A stretch of DNA of 64,000 bases. Source: an uncultured bacterium. Lineage in GTDB: Bacteria; Patescibacteriota; Minisyncoccia; UBA6257; 2-01-FULL-56-20. The stretch is taken from the NCBI GenBank assembly GCA_963696395.1, contig CAVOJZ010000002.1, forward strand, positions 720,619 to 784,618. The letters run 5' to 3'. The notes under the pieces were generated by a model. That model did not search any database. It was not told the origin of the DNA and was given only the letters and a program-made list of their open reading frames with translations. Every line of letters starts with the position of its first letter. Within the stretch, counting starts at the first letter, position 1. This document shows, piece by piece, positions 63,942 through 64,000 of the stretch. A program made the position numbers and the translations under genes.

Positions 63942-64000
63942 TGCAAGGAAAATGACCGAAAGGAAATAGGAAGCCCATGTGGTGAGTCCGGAGATGATTG

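Noticed and set aside
1-64000. Mobile-element content (transposase, integrase, phage genes) that could mark the surface block as a horizontally acquired island.
   Set aside because: No ORF shows DDE-transposase, tyrosine or serine recombinase, or phage structural motifs. No terminal inverted repeats or tRNA-flanked direct repeats were found. The island hypothesis therefore cannot be supported from this window alone.

Overview
The window is a 64-kb stretch of moderately GC-rich (about 55%) bacterial DNA; the taxon is not established (GGDEF-EAL protein, canonical GFTLIE type IV prepilin, ABC transporters and rho-independent terminators indicate a bacterium). No rRNA, tRNA, CRISPR array, transposase or integrase was recognised.

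The centre of the window (about 9.6 to 39.5 kb) is a single co-directional plus-strand block of about 28 genes, many with overlapping stop/start codons. Almost all of them encode signal-peptide-bearing, Ser/Thr/Gly-rich surface proteins, which form recurring paralogous families:
- Two membrane-anchored cohesin-like proteins (7872..8858 and 23408..25186), each next to an Hsp20/alpha-crystallin gene.
- Two secreted proteins with canonical tandem dockerin Ca-binding repeats (21119..22804 and 36630..37760).
- Four signal-peptide-plus-C-terminal-TM-anchor proteins that share a PGGHYGAI motif (15015, 16000, 19610, 35578).
- At least five large secreted proteins sharing a roughly 140-aa C-terminal module, including a near-identical tandem gene pair (17150..18286 and 18417..19553).
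- A MacB/FtsX-type ABC exporter embedded in the block (31029..33555).

Taken together this resembles a cohesin-dockerin-mediated, Csc/WxL-like cell-surface assembly system with no glycoside hydrolases of cellulosome type. It is the most unusual feature of the window.

The flanks carry:
- an ABC-2 transporter pair and an SPFH/band-7 protein;
- a processive GT2 synthase operon, with three paralogous secreted TIM-barrel-like putative glycan hydrolases scattered across the window;
- a GGDEF-EAL protein;
- a type IV pilin locus with two giant secreted proteins;
- a TylF-type O-methyltransferase;
- assorted housekeeping membrane proteins.

Several clean rho-independent terminators are present. One near-consensus sigma70 promoter (60742..60769) drives a hairpin-led small hydrophobic ORF or sRNA candidate. 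Many long antisense ORFs in the six-frame track are shadows of the Thr/Ser/Ala/Gly-rich genes and were rejected.
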